Part shown: positions 10,290 to 19,346 of the stretch, piece by piece
How positions within the stretch are numbered: the stretch's first letter is position 1
Layout: every line of letters begins with the position of its first letter
Assembly (NCBI GenBank): GCA_030697795.1
Contig: JAUYOV010000004.1
Location: forward strand, 144,403 to 208,402
DNA from: a bacterium
GTDB taxonomy: Bacteria; Patescibacteriota; Minisyncoccia; JACQLN01
Direction: 5' to 3'
Length of the DNA stretch: 64,000 nucleotides
Program-made: the position numbers and the translations under genes
The notes under the pieces: model-generated
What the model was told of the DNA's origin: nothing
Database searches by the model: none
The model's input: the letters and a program-made list of their open reading frames with translations, nothing else

Positions 10290-10882
10290 TTACCTCCGAT
10301 AGTTAGGGTTAAAAACTAACTCAACCATTTCACAAAAATAATGAATCAGAAAAGTATGAACCTCCTGTATCCGAGCAGTGCTGTCGGATTTTACTACCAC
10401 ACTATAATTCACCATTCCTCTAACCTGACCACCCCCACGACCCAAAAGACCTATAGTGGCTAAACCCTTATTTCTCCCAACCTCAACAACTCTGACGATA
10501 TTAGATGAATCGCCGCTAGTGGAAAAAACCAACAAAATATCGCCACTCTGTGCCAAAGCCTGAACCTGCCTTGAAAAAATCGCATCAAAAGAATAATCAT
10601 TGGCAATGCAAGTGATCAAGCAGAACTTGAGGTTAAAGAGATAGCTGGCAAGGGCGCCCTATCTGTTTTAAAGCGGCCCATCAATTCCTCGGTAAAATGT
10701 TCGGCAATACAAGCACTGCCGCCGTTGCCACAAGATAATATTTTGTAACCAGACCTTAACGCGCTAACAATCAAAGTGCCAATAGCATCAATAGTTTTTT
10801 CTTCACTTACTAAGGTAGCGAAAGTATCAGCAAGTGTTTTTAGCTCTGGCCCCAACTTTATACCTGATGATTGCCCGATCAT
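10290..10882 (-). pseudogene. gmhA: SIS-domain sugar-phosphate isomerase (GmhA-like) split by a -1 frameshift near 10617-10621
   Basis: ORF 10616-10882 (…LSCGNGGSACIAEHFTEEL…PAISLTSSSA*) and ORF 10290-10619 (ITCIANDYSFDAIFSRQV…LVFSTSGDSSNIV…RIQEVH) together align colinearly with GmhA; the first ORF's TGA overlaps a TTG that opens the second frame. Confidence 0.6.
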
Positions 10883-10994
10883 GACTATCTCCTCTTCAAA
10901 AAGTTAAAGAACTAACTGACTTGTAATATAACCCATTAAAAAGCCGGCGAGTTTTGACACTCGCCGGTTGCGTTTTTTCGCCTATTAGAATGAA

Positions 10995-11864
10995 CTATCC
11001 CTTGCGTCGGAGCTTCTTCATAACCGGTATTTCCGATTCCAAGAGTTTTTTGACACCATCGCCCTGTGACTGTTCAAAAATCCTGATTTCCTCTGCTAAT
11101 TTCTTGCAACCCTCATGCTCAATACTGGCCGATTGATCCGTACCCCACATAGCCCTGTTAAGCGTGATGTGGCGTTCCACCATACAGGCACCCAGAGCTA
11201 CCGCCGTCAAAGAGGGGTATAAACCGACCTCGTGACCACTGTAACCCACCGGCACTCTATAGCGTTCTCGCAGAGTTTGTATGACTCGGAGATTCAGCTC
11301 ATGCCAATCAGCAGGATAGGTAGCTACACAATGCATCAGAACCAGGTTTTCTACCCCCAGAACAGAAACAGCGTGATCCACCTGCTCTAATGTACTCATA
11401 CCAGTAGAGATGATAACGGGCTTACCCTTGCCTTTGGTATAACGGAGAAGATTATCATCAGTCAGAGAAGCCGAAGCGATCTTGTAGCACGGCGGGCTGA
11501 ATTGATCTATAAAATCAACACTCTGTTCATCCCAACAAGAAGCAAACCAGATGATACCCTTTTCCTTACAATGACGATCAATCTCCCTATACTCATCTTG
11601 ACCAAACTCCAAACCTCGCTTGAGATCACCGTTAGTAGAACCGAAAGGATTTTCCCGGGGACGCGCTAATTCTTCGGGTGTATACACTACATCAACAGTT
11701 CTTTTCTGAAACTTAACCGCATTCCACCCCGCCTCTACAGCAACATCTACCAGCTTCTTGGCAATTCCAACATCACCATTATGGTTTATGCCTATTTCTG
11801 CCACTAGAAAAATCCTGTGGTCGCCTACCAGTATTCCGCCACTATTTACAACATTGGAATTCAT
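10995..11864 (-). CDS. neuB: NeuB-family PEP-dependent ulosonate (sialic-acid-type) synthase, short form without C-terminal SAF domain
   Basis: FLVAEIGINHNGDVGIAKKLVDVA signature; 289 aa. Confidence 0.8.
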   Translation of the reverse strand: MNSNVVNSGGILVGDHRIFLVAEIGINHNGDVGIAKKLVDVAVEAGWNAVKFQKRTVDVVYTPEELARPRENPFGSTNGDLKRGLEFGQDEYREIDRHCKEKGIIWFASCWDEQSVDFIDQFSPPCYKIASASLTDDNLLRYTKGKGKPVIISTGMSTLEQVDHAVSVLGVENLVLMHCVATYPADWHELNLRVIQTLRERYRVPVGYSGHEVGLYPSLTAVALGACMVERHITLNRAMWGTDQSASIEHEGCKKLAEEIRIFEQSQGDGVKKLLESEIPVMKKLRRKG

Positions 11865-11958
11865 ACTTTCCCCTTTCTCTGGTTTTTTGGTTGAATTTTA
11901 TAAGAACCATCCTTGGCTTATCTTAAATCTAATAACTTCTAAACTACCCCCATGGTTT

Positions 11959-12900
11959 CTAATCTGTTTTATTTAGATTTAAGAAGTCTTGAACATCGTT
12001 GGTATCGTAGCGCGGTATTAACATAGCTTGATCATTTTTTGAAACGGCCATTGGCTCAATAGTAACAGCGTATTTAAAACCCTCTTCAGCTAAAACTTTA
12101 ATGGTACTAACTCCAGCCCGCCCGTGTGGATAAGAAAATATAACTGGAGTTTTAGCTAGTAAATCTTTTAAAACTGTATTAGCCAATCTAATATCTCGCT
12201 TTAAAACATCGCCACCCAGAGTATCTAGCGCGTAATGACCATGAGAGTGGTTGCCAATTTCCATATCCTGATCACGTAATTCTAAAATTTGCGTTTGACT
12301 CATAAAAATTTGTCGGCTCAATTTTTTTTCATCAAGCCGCGTTGTTTTAAAACAGTATCTTAAAAATCTGCCCTTAACATCCTCGGGTAGGCCAATCATA
12401 GTTTCCTTGAAATTGGCGGTGGGTATATCCTCATGTTGCCTGCGCTCAAACAATCGCTTGTCTGTGGGAATAAAATAAACAACTTTAAGATCAGAATAAA
12501 ACTCACCCAGAAACCTGTGGAAGACATCAATAAGTTCGGAGGAAGATAGCTTAGAAAGTAAAACATGTATCTTATGGGTAGCCGGCAAACTGCCTTCAAA
12601 AGTAGAGGTTATGGGGAAAAAAGTCCCTCTGACTTTATACTTGTTCAATATTGGCACCGCATTATCATATTGTCCCTTCAAACCATCATCAAAAGTGATA
12701 GCGCAAAACTTTCCCTTTGACTCTTTTCGGGCAAAATCAAAAACTTGGCCTACGGAAACAATCTCATAATTTTTAGACAAAAAACTTATCTGCTTTTCAA
12801 ACTCCTTGACTGGACAGGGATGTATGCCGCCCCAAGCCGCACGAGGATCTTCAACATAATGATAATTGATTATAATATAGTTGTCTTGGGAAGAAATCAT
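11959..12900 (-). CDS. polysaccharide deacetylase (NodB-homology) family protein
   Basis: FCAITFDDGLKGQYDNAVPILNKYKVRGTFF; HGRAG His motif. Confidence 0.7.
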   Translation of the reverse strand: MISSQDNYIIINYHYVEDPRAAWGGIHPCPVKEFEKQISFLSKNYEIVSVGQVFDFARKESKGKFCAITFDDGLKGQYDNAVPILNKYKVRGTFFPITSTFEGSLPATHKIHVLLSKLSSSELIDVFHRFLGEFYSDLKVVYFIPTDKRLFERRQHEDIPTANFKETMIGLPEDVKGRFLRYCFKTTRLDEKKLSRQIFMSQTQILELRDQDMEIGNHSHGHYALDTLGGDVLKRDIRLANTVLKDLLAKTPVIFSYPHGRAGVSTIKVLAEEGFKYAVTIEPMAVSKNDQAMLIPRYDTNDVQDFLNLNKTD

Positions 12901-12924
12901 ATAAAATATCGGCGCCGACCGATT

Positions 12925-13614
12925 TCATTTTTTCCTTAAGATGTAATAAACCCAATTGCCAAACCATTTATTCTCTGGTAGAAACTTCAATCTTTTCAGC
13001 ACCGGCAAACTAATTTTGGAATGGATATAACCTTCTTCAATCAACTCAAAATATTTTAGAAAAGTTTTTTCGAATATGCCGTGCGGAAAAACACTTATAT
13101 GATTGTTTGTTTCATTCCATCTAGGAAACAAACCCTTTTTTAAAAAAATAAGACGGGATACAATGTGAAATATATTTGGCACAGAAAAAATAAACAAACC
13201 TTCTGGCTTTAAAATCCTGTGGATTTCTCTAATGGCATGATGCGGATTTTCTAAATGCTCAAAAACTTCCCAAGCACTTACAACATCAAAAAAACAATTA
13301 TCCCACTTAAGATTCTCAAGACTTATATCCAAGTCATTAAACTCCTTTATTAATGGTTTAAAATCCGTGGCTATATAATTATCGATATCACAGGCATAAA
13401 TATTTTTATAGCCACGGTCATGCACTGCCTTGAGAAAAGCTCCGGAACCTGTTCCTATATCCAACACTTTAGCCTCTTTGTTCAAAACAGTTCTTTCAAA
13501 AATACCGATATTTCTGCCTTTCAGAGCTAACAACCTTCTGTCGGGATGAATTTCAAATCTTTTTTGGATCGTTTCTTTGTCATTTTTTATTTCACTGGGA
13601 TTAAAATATTTCAT
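12925..13614 (-). CDS. class I SAM-dependent methyltransferase
   Basis: VLDIGTGSGAFL motif I; ACDID motif II. Confidence 0.7.
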   Translation of the reverse strand: MKYFNPSEIKNDKETIQKRFEIHPDRRLLALKGRNIGIFERTVLNKEAKVLDIGTGSGAFLKAVHDRGYKNIYACDIDNYIATDFKPLIKEFNDLDISLENLKWDNCFFDVVSAWEVFEHLENPHHAIREIHRILKPEGLFIFSVPNIFHIVSRLIFLKKGLFPRWNETNNHISVFPHGIFEKTFLKYFELIEEGYIHSKISLPVLKRLKFLPENKWFGNWVYYILRKK

Positions 13615-13631
13615 ATATATTACAATTTATT

Positions 13632-14963
13632 TTAGACTAACTTTTTAAGTATAACATCGGCTAACCTTTTACCAGATTGGCCGTCCAATTTCCAGCATCT
13701 CTCTTCAATAATCTTTTTTCTCCCCGCTAAGTCTAAATTAGGGTTGGCCAAATAACGCTCCAAATATACGATCAGGCCTGCCGGTGTCTTGGCCAACTTA
13801 ACCCCTTGAGTGCTTAAAATGGAACGTTGGTGATCGTAGTCGTAAAATCGACGCAAGCTTTTCCAATATGGTCTCTTCGCCTCGCCATCAAAACCTACAA
13901 AAATCACCGGTTTATTAAATACCGTAGCATCTATAGCTAAGGTTGAAGCAAAAGCCACCACTACATCGCTATGATACAGCAAATCAGCCAAATAGGCATC
14001 CTTGCCGGTAAGATCAGCTGACATAAAATCATCCCCTTTGCCAGGATTATTTATAACCAATCTTCCCGGAATTTCTTTGATGCCATCTAAATTCACACTG
14101 CCAACTATATATAATCTAAGAATGATTTGAATATCTATTGTTTCCAATGCATCAACCACTTTCTTGGTTATAGAATCTCCTTGCGTATAAATATCGCTAG
14201 GGGCGGCAAAAAAAATAGTCTTTTTGTTAGGATCCAGCGCCAGCTTTTCAAATAATAATTTTTTAGAAATTCTTTTTTCAGCAACATAGGCATCATAATG
14301 GGGTATACCCACTATAGAGACGTTATCTGGCTTGAAATCACAATATCTTACAGCTTCTTCTTTTATTTTAGGTGTATTAACCACAAGTTCATTTGTCATA
14401 ACCTTATTCAAACCCTTGGTGGTTATGTTATCCCAAGAACGAACCATACCTATAACATGAACCCCTCTTCTTTGGGCTGATTGGATCATACAAACATCGC
14501 TCGGTTCAAAGATGTCGGTGGCAAAAACAAGATCCGGTTGGTATTTTTCGAAATAACGGGCAAAGGTCTCATCCCTTAAAAAAAGACGGCCCAACCAGCG
14601 TAAAAACGACCTAAAGATTTTAAATTTAGAACTTTTCGCCGCAATAAAATGCCAGCCCGAACTCAAATACTTCCCATATTTTTTGCGCTCAATAAGTCGG
14701 TGTATTCTGCGGGCGGCGGTATCCGAAGCATTCAAGAATAGTGCCGAAATAATTCGCTCCCAAAAAAAACTTGGCATCTTATCCACCCCCTCTATCTCAA
14801 TGTTCCCCGCAGAAAACATTTTTTGGTAAGACGCTTTTTTTTCTTGGGGCGCAAAAATAATTATTCTTATATCCGGCTGACTGCCTAAAATTCTTAAAAA
14901 ATCAGTAGCCAGAATATTTCTAGCAATCAATCCAAAAAAACTGGATACGAAAATAGTTTTCAT
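13632..14963 (-). CDS. TagB/TagF-like glycosyl/glycerophosphotransferase family protein (paralog of 2450-3817)
   Basis: Similar length and N-terminus (MKTIFVSSFF vs MKTVFLFLKN) and a similar C-terminal FNKPVIFVGFDG block. Confidence 0.3.
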   Translation of the reverse strand: MKTIFVSSFFGLIARNILATDFLRILGSQPDIRIIIFAPQEKKASYQKMFSAGNIEIEGVDKMPSFFWERIISALFLNASDTAARRIHRLIERKKYGKYLSSGWHFIAAKSSKFKIFRSFLRWLGRLFLRDETFARYFEKYQPDLVFATDIFEPSDVCMIQSAQRRGVHVIGMVRSWDNITTKGLNKVMTNELVVNTPKIKEEAVRYCDFKPDNVSIVGIPHYDAYVAEKRISKKLLFEKLALDPNKKTIFFAAPSDIYTQGDSITKKVVDALETIDIQIILRLYIVGSVNLDGIKEIPGRLVINNPGKGDDFMSADLTGKDAYLADLLYHSDVVVAFASTLAIDATVFNKPVIFVGFDGEAKRPYWKSLRRFYDYDHQRSILSTQGVKLAKTPAGLIVYLERYLANPNLDLAGRKKIIEERCWKLDGQSGKRLADVILKKLV

Positions 14964-14972
14964 AGGTATTAT

Positions 14973-16391
14973 TTATGTTTTAACAAAAAAAGATCTCGCC
15001 GCCATTATAAACTGACGTCCTACTTTAGATATTATTTCCTTATCTAAACTGTCAAATTTCATTAACCCGCCCCATTTTAATTTAAATTCTGGATACTTTT
15101 TTACTAACTGGCTATAGAAAAGAACCACACGTTCAATATAAACAATCCCATAAACAACGCCCGCGCCTAAAATCCCTAAAGTGGGCAGAAAAATAAGCGA
15201 ACCTAATGGTAAAATAATGACCTCGTTAAACAAACGGAGAGTTAAAATTTTGTATTCCCGTAAAATAGTTAGAGTGGTCTTAAGCAATTTATATGTACCA
15301 TAGATGGGCAATACCATCAACATAATTATAACTAGGGGTAAAGCCGGGACGTAATTGGGGAAAAGCAGTGGTATCACATTGGGAATAACCACCAGGCCTA
15401 ACACAAAAAGAATCGAGCCCAACCATACAGTATACTTAACCGCTTTTGTAAAAATAAAACTGGCCTGGTTTTTGTTATCTATCCTTAGCAATAAAACCTC
15501 GCCTATGCCTTGTGTGGGCATTAACTTTTCGACAAAAGCCACCAAGTTTAGAGATAATGAATAGAAAGCTACCGCCTCTACATTTATAAAAAACTTAATC
15601 AACCAGGGCATACTGTTTTTGGTCAATTGGGCCAAACCATACCTTAAGAAAATAAATCCGCCATATTTTTTTAAAATTTCAGCAAACATAGTCAATCTAC
15701 GTTCAGATTTCAAACCACCGAAAAAATGTCCGTATGCCTTAATGAAAGACCATAAAGTAATCACTACCAACGCCACGGCTTCTCCTATAATATGAACAGT
15801 GACTACATTTAAGATACTTAGTGTAGAATAAAAAAACAACACAGCCAGCAACAAAAACTTAGTCACTTCTCTAATGGCTGGCGAAGCCCAATAAGAAAAT
15901 ATCAGCGCTGGTTTAAGCAGGGCGGTTTGGACCGACTGAAGAGTATGAATAATAATCAAAATCGCGCCTATCTTAATGATTGAGGAAATATCTTGATCAT
16001 AGAATCTGGCAATAACCTCAGCACCTAAAAAGGCTACCAAAAACAAAACCAGTGCCAGAGAAATTCTAACAAAAGCGCTTTCCAGAAAAAGTTGCTTGGC
16101 TTCTTTAAGCTTGTGCGTGTTGAAATATCTGCGGATTTCAACAACAACCACATTGGCCACAATACCGGCATTGAATCCTTGTAAAATGGCTATAAACGAT
16201 AGCAATAGTTGGTAAAGACCAAACTGAAAAACACTCAAACTGGATATGATAAAAAAGGAACTAGCTAAACTAAAAAAGGTGGCTAGGGCTCCATAAAAAC
16301 GCCTAGTGGTTTCTACGCTCACAAAATAGCTGGACAATCTTTTGGGCTTATTATTAGGTTCCATATTTTTAGACATAGAATTAATTTTCAA
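14973..16391 (-). CDS. wzx: oligosaccharide flippase, MOP/Wzx-like
   Basis: 472 aa, about 12-14 hydrophobic helices; sits in the glycan locus. Confidence 0.55.
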   Translation of the reverse strand: MKINSMSKNMEPNNKPKRLSSYFVSVETTRRFYGALATFFSLASSFFIISSLSVFQFGLYQLLLSFIAILQGFNAGIVANVVVVEIRRYFNTHKLKEAKQLFLESAFVRISLALVLFLVAFLGAEVIARFYDQDISSIIKIGAILIIIHTLQSVQTALLKPALIFSYWASPAIREVTKFLLLAVLFFYSTLSILNVVTVHIIGEAVALVVITLWSFIKAYGHFFGGLKSERRLTMFAEILKKYGGFIFLRYGLAQLTKNSMPWLIKFFINVEAVAFYSLSLNLVAFVEKLMPTQGIGEVLLLRIDNKNQASFIFTKAVKYTVWLGSILFVLGLVVIPNVIPLLFPNYVPALPLVIIMLMVLPIYGTYKLLKTTLTILREYKILTLRLFNEVIILPLGSLIFLPTLGILGAGVVYGIVYIERVVLFYSQLVKKYPEFKLKWGGLMKFDSLDKEIISKVGRQFIMAARSFFVKT

Positions 16392-17472
16392 TAAAAACGG
16401 CTAGCTTGTTTATCAACTGTACCAAACTATGCTTTTCCACAACTAATCGGCGCATAAAAACAGTTATATTTTCTTGCTCGTTGTTTGTAATCTTAGTATA
16501 GGCAATTATTTTTTCGGCAAGGTCACCAACATTTTCTTCCTTAAAAATAACTCGATTTTTATACGCTATTGGAATTATAGCCTCCACTGTTTTATTAGAA
16601 ACCAAAACCAACAAGCCACAAGCCATAGCTTCTAGTATAGTTTTATCAAAACTGCCGGTAGGGGTAAGATTAACAAAAACTCCGCTACTATTATAAACTT
16701 CTGGAGTTTTTTGATTAGATATCGCTGGCCTAAACTCAATCTTGCCCCTAGACAACAAATCCGCCGACATTTTTTTTAACTTTAATTCATATTCTTTATC
16801 AACTATAGAAGAACTGGGAGAACCGACTATCAAAACCTTAAAATCAAAACTGCGATTATCCAATATTTTGGCGGCTTCGATAAGATATTCTATTTTTTTA
16901 ATGGGCGAAATCCGCCCTAAATATAATACCTGCCTGTTATTTTTTGAGATTTCCGGCATTGGCCTAAAAAAATTTGTATCTACACCCACTGGCATTAGTG
17001 AAGTTTTTTTATACTTAGCCGAAAAAGAGTAAGGCGATGTGCAAAAAACTTTATTAGAAAAAAATATGCCGACCATGGCTAACATATTACCCATGGGGTG
17101 GTTATACCATAGAAAAATTTTCTTATTCATCAGTTTCCAAAAAACACCACCTAGAACTAGATAGATTGGGTTCATATGAACTAGAACAGTATCGTATTCC
17201 TTTCTTATTGAAAAAATATATTTATAAAACCTATAAACATACTTTAACTTCCAAATAATTTCTAATTTCCAATTTCTAATTTCTAAATTTCTTTCGTCTT
17301 TACCTAAGGAAAAAACATTAATACTTTTATCCAAAGTGCTTTCGCCTTTATATAAGCAAATGATGTTGAGTTTATTTGTTTTTTTGGCCAATTCTTCCGC
17401 CCAGCGGTGATAAACACCCAAAACATCGTCGTTTTTATCTATTTTTTGAGTTATAAAAAGCAATTTTGCCAT
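16381..17472 (-). CDS. glycosyltransferase family 4 (GT-B)
   Basis: LGRISPIKKIEYLIEAAKIL; EAMACGLLVLVSN (E-x7-E-like motif). Confidence 0.75.
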   Translation of the reverse strand: MAKLLFITQKIDKNDDVLGVYHRWAEELAKKTNKLNIICLYKGESTLDKSINVFSLGKDERNLEIRNWKLEIIWKLKYVYRFYKYIFSIRKEYDTVLVHMNPIYLVLGGVFWKLMNKKIFLWYNHPMGNMLAMVGIFFSNKVFCTSPYSFSAKYKKTSLMPVGVDTNFFRPMPEISKNNRQVLYLGRISPIKKIEYLIEAAKILDNRSFDFKVLIVGSPSSSIVDKEYELKLKKMSADLLSRGKIEFRPAISNQKTPEVYNSSGVFVNLTPTGSFDKTILEAMACGLLVLVSNKTVEAIIPIAYKNRVIFKEENVGDLAEKIIAYTKITNNEQENITVFMRRLVVEKHSLVQLINKLAVFIEN

Positions 17473-18542
17473 GATTGTTTAATCTTATTAAGATAATCTT
17501 CCTTCGAATTATAAAAACTTAAAAACTTTTCTTGACTCTTAAAAATTTCTAATCTTTTTTCCTTGCTTTCAACTAAAATACCTAACTGTTTTATTAACTC
17601 TCTCTTACTACCAACAGGGTATACAGACCCTATGGCAATACCCACATCTGTCATTACAACTGGCAAACCAGCACCTGTAGCTTCTATAACTGTCCTGCCA
17701 TAACCTTCGTAGTTAGACGTTAATAGAAATAAGTCCGCAGTTTTATAGTATGAAGACAAATTGTTAGACCAATTTTCAAAAATCACATTAGCCCTTAGCT
17801 TATAGCTTATAGCTTTTAGCTTTTCTAATTCGGGACCATTGCCGACTACCAAAAGAAGTGCTTGTGGATATTTTTTAGCGATTTCAACCATAGCTTCTAT
17901 TGCTAAACCAATATTTTTTTCTTTGGTTAACCTTGAAGCCATAAGAACTATAAACTTATTTGGATATTTTTTATGCAAATCTATATTAACTGGAGCATCT
18001 TTTATTTTTTGTGTATCTATAAAAATTGGCAAAACATCTATCCTAGCTTTTAGCTTATAGCTTTTAGCTTTTAGGGAATTTTTAATCCGTTCAGAAACAA
18101 CGCGTATATTGTCAGCTCTTTTGATAATCCGCCTAGCTAAAATAACCCTGATTTTATTTTTAAAAGACCCTTTTTTAAAATATGGGCTTAAAAAATCAGT
18201 ATGAACCTGCATCTGCAGGGGAACTGATTTAAAAAATTTTAAAAAACAACCAACTAAACCCAACTCAAAAGGATCCTGACAAGTGATTACACAATTTTTA
18301 ATTTCTAATTTCCAATTTCTAATTATCGAGGAAGAAATTCTATAAGCATTCCAGAAATAAAAGACACCAAAACTATTTGTGGAATACAAAAAAATATTCC
18401 CAATAACTTTATTTATTTTTTGGGAGCTTTTTATTACTACGTGTAATTCTTCTACTAACTTTCCATAATCTACAATCCGAGCCAAAACTTCCGAACCTTC
18501 TTTAAAAATATTCTCGTCCGTAGACAGCATTAAAACTTTCAT
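17451..18542 (-). CDS. glycosyltransferase family 4 (GT-B)
   Basis: TSNYEGYGRTVIEATGAGLPVVMTDVG. Confidence 0.75.
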   Translation of the reverse strand: MKVLMLSTDENIFKEGSEVLARIVDYGKLVEELHVVIKSSQKINKVIGNIFLYSTNSFGVFYFWNAYRISSSIIRNWKLEIKNCVITCQDPFELGLVGCFLKFFKSVPLQMQVHTDFLSPYFKKGSFKNKIRVILARRIIKRADNIRVVSERIKNSLKAKSYKLKARIDVLPIFIDTQKIKDAPVNIDLHKKYPNKFIVLMASRLTKEKNIGLAIEAMVEIAKKYPQALLLVVGNGPELEKLKAISYKLRANVIFENWSNNLSSYYKTADLFLLTSNYEGYGRTVIEATGAGLPVVMTDVGIAIGSVYPVGSKRELIKQLGILVESKEKRLEIFKSQEKFLSFYNSKEDYLNKIKQSWQNCFL

Positions 18543-18693
18543 ATTTTGTTCGTGAGCGTTAGCGAGCGACTACAAAATATAGAACCCCGCACCAAACCTG
18601 CAGAGAGAGTTTTTTGGTGCAAAGTGAAAGCCGCAGGCGTTTCGCTGTAGTATTTTTTTGATGTAAATATTCGATTGGGTTTTGGTGCTGGGG

Positions 18694-19344
18694 TCATTTT
18701 TCTAAAATAAAAAACAATCTAAAGTTATCCAAAACCGGCCGTACTTTTTTAACCGATTTAAAATTATTTTTTAAGATTTTCATTACTTTGCCCAACCGAT
18801 AGTTATAACCGTCTATCTCCCAGTAATGTTGGCCGGAGGTTTTGAATCCGCCGAATTTTAATGGAATTCTAAAAAGAAAACCTAGAAAATTTCTTTTAAA
18901 TAAGGTCCTAATGCCTGGAAATTTAAAAACAAATTCAAACCCAGTTGAACGATATGGCAAAGAAATAACAACATACTTAGAACTTACCCTGTTAATTTCC
19001 GTTAAGACCCTGTCCAATTCTTCAAAGGGGATATGCTCCAGAACCTCAAAAGCTGTAACCACGCTAAAAGACCCATCCCCAAATGGCAATTGCCGTATAT
19101 CGGCCACATAGTCGGGATTAAGGCTTTTATCCAAATCGCAGGTAACCACGCTAAAACCAGCCGTTTTGAGGTAATTAGAGGCCATACCAGAGCCTACACC
19201 CACCTCTAAAATCTTGCTTTTAGCCTTATCTTCCACTAGCGAAGACACCAGATCTATTTGATAAAAATACGATATAAAACGCTCCAAACTATTATACTTG
19301 GATTTAAAATAGTGAGCTTTATTTTTTTGAGTTTTAAATTCCAT
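18694..19344 (-). CDS. class I SAM-dependent methyltransferase
   Basis: ILEVGVGSGMASNYL; FSVVTAFEVLEHIP. Confidence 0.7.
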   Translation of the reverse strand: MEFKTQKNKAHYFKSKYNSLERFISYFYQIDLVSSLVEDKAKSKILEVGVGSGMASNYLKTAGFSVVTCDLDKSLNPDYVADIRQLPFGDGSFSVVTAFEVLEHIPFEELDRVLTEINRVSSKYVVISLPYRSTGFEFVFKFPGIRTLFKRNFLGFLFRIPLKFGGFKTSGQHYWEIDGYNYRLGKVMKILKNNFKSVKKVRPVLDNFRLFFILEK

Positions 19345-19346
19345 TT

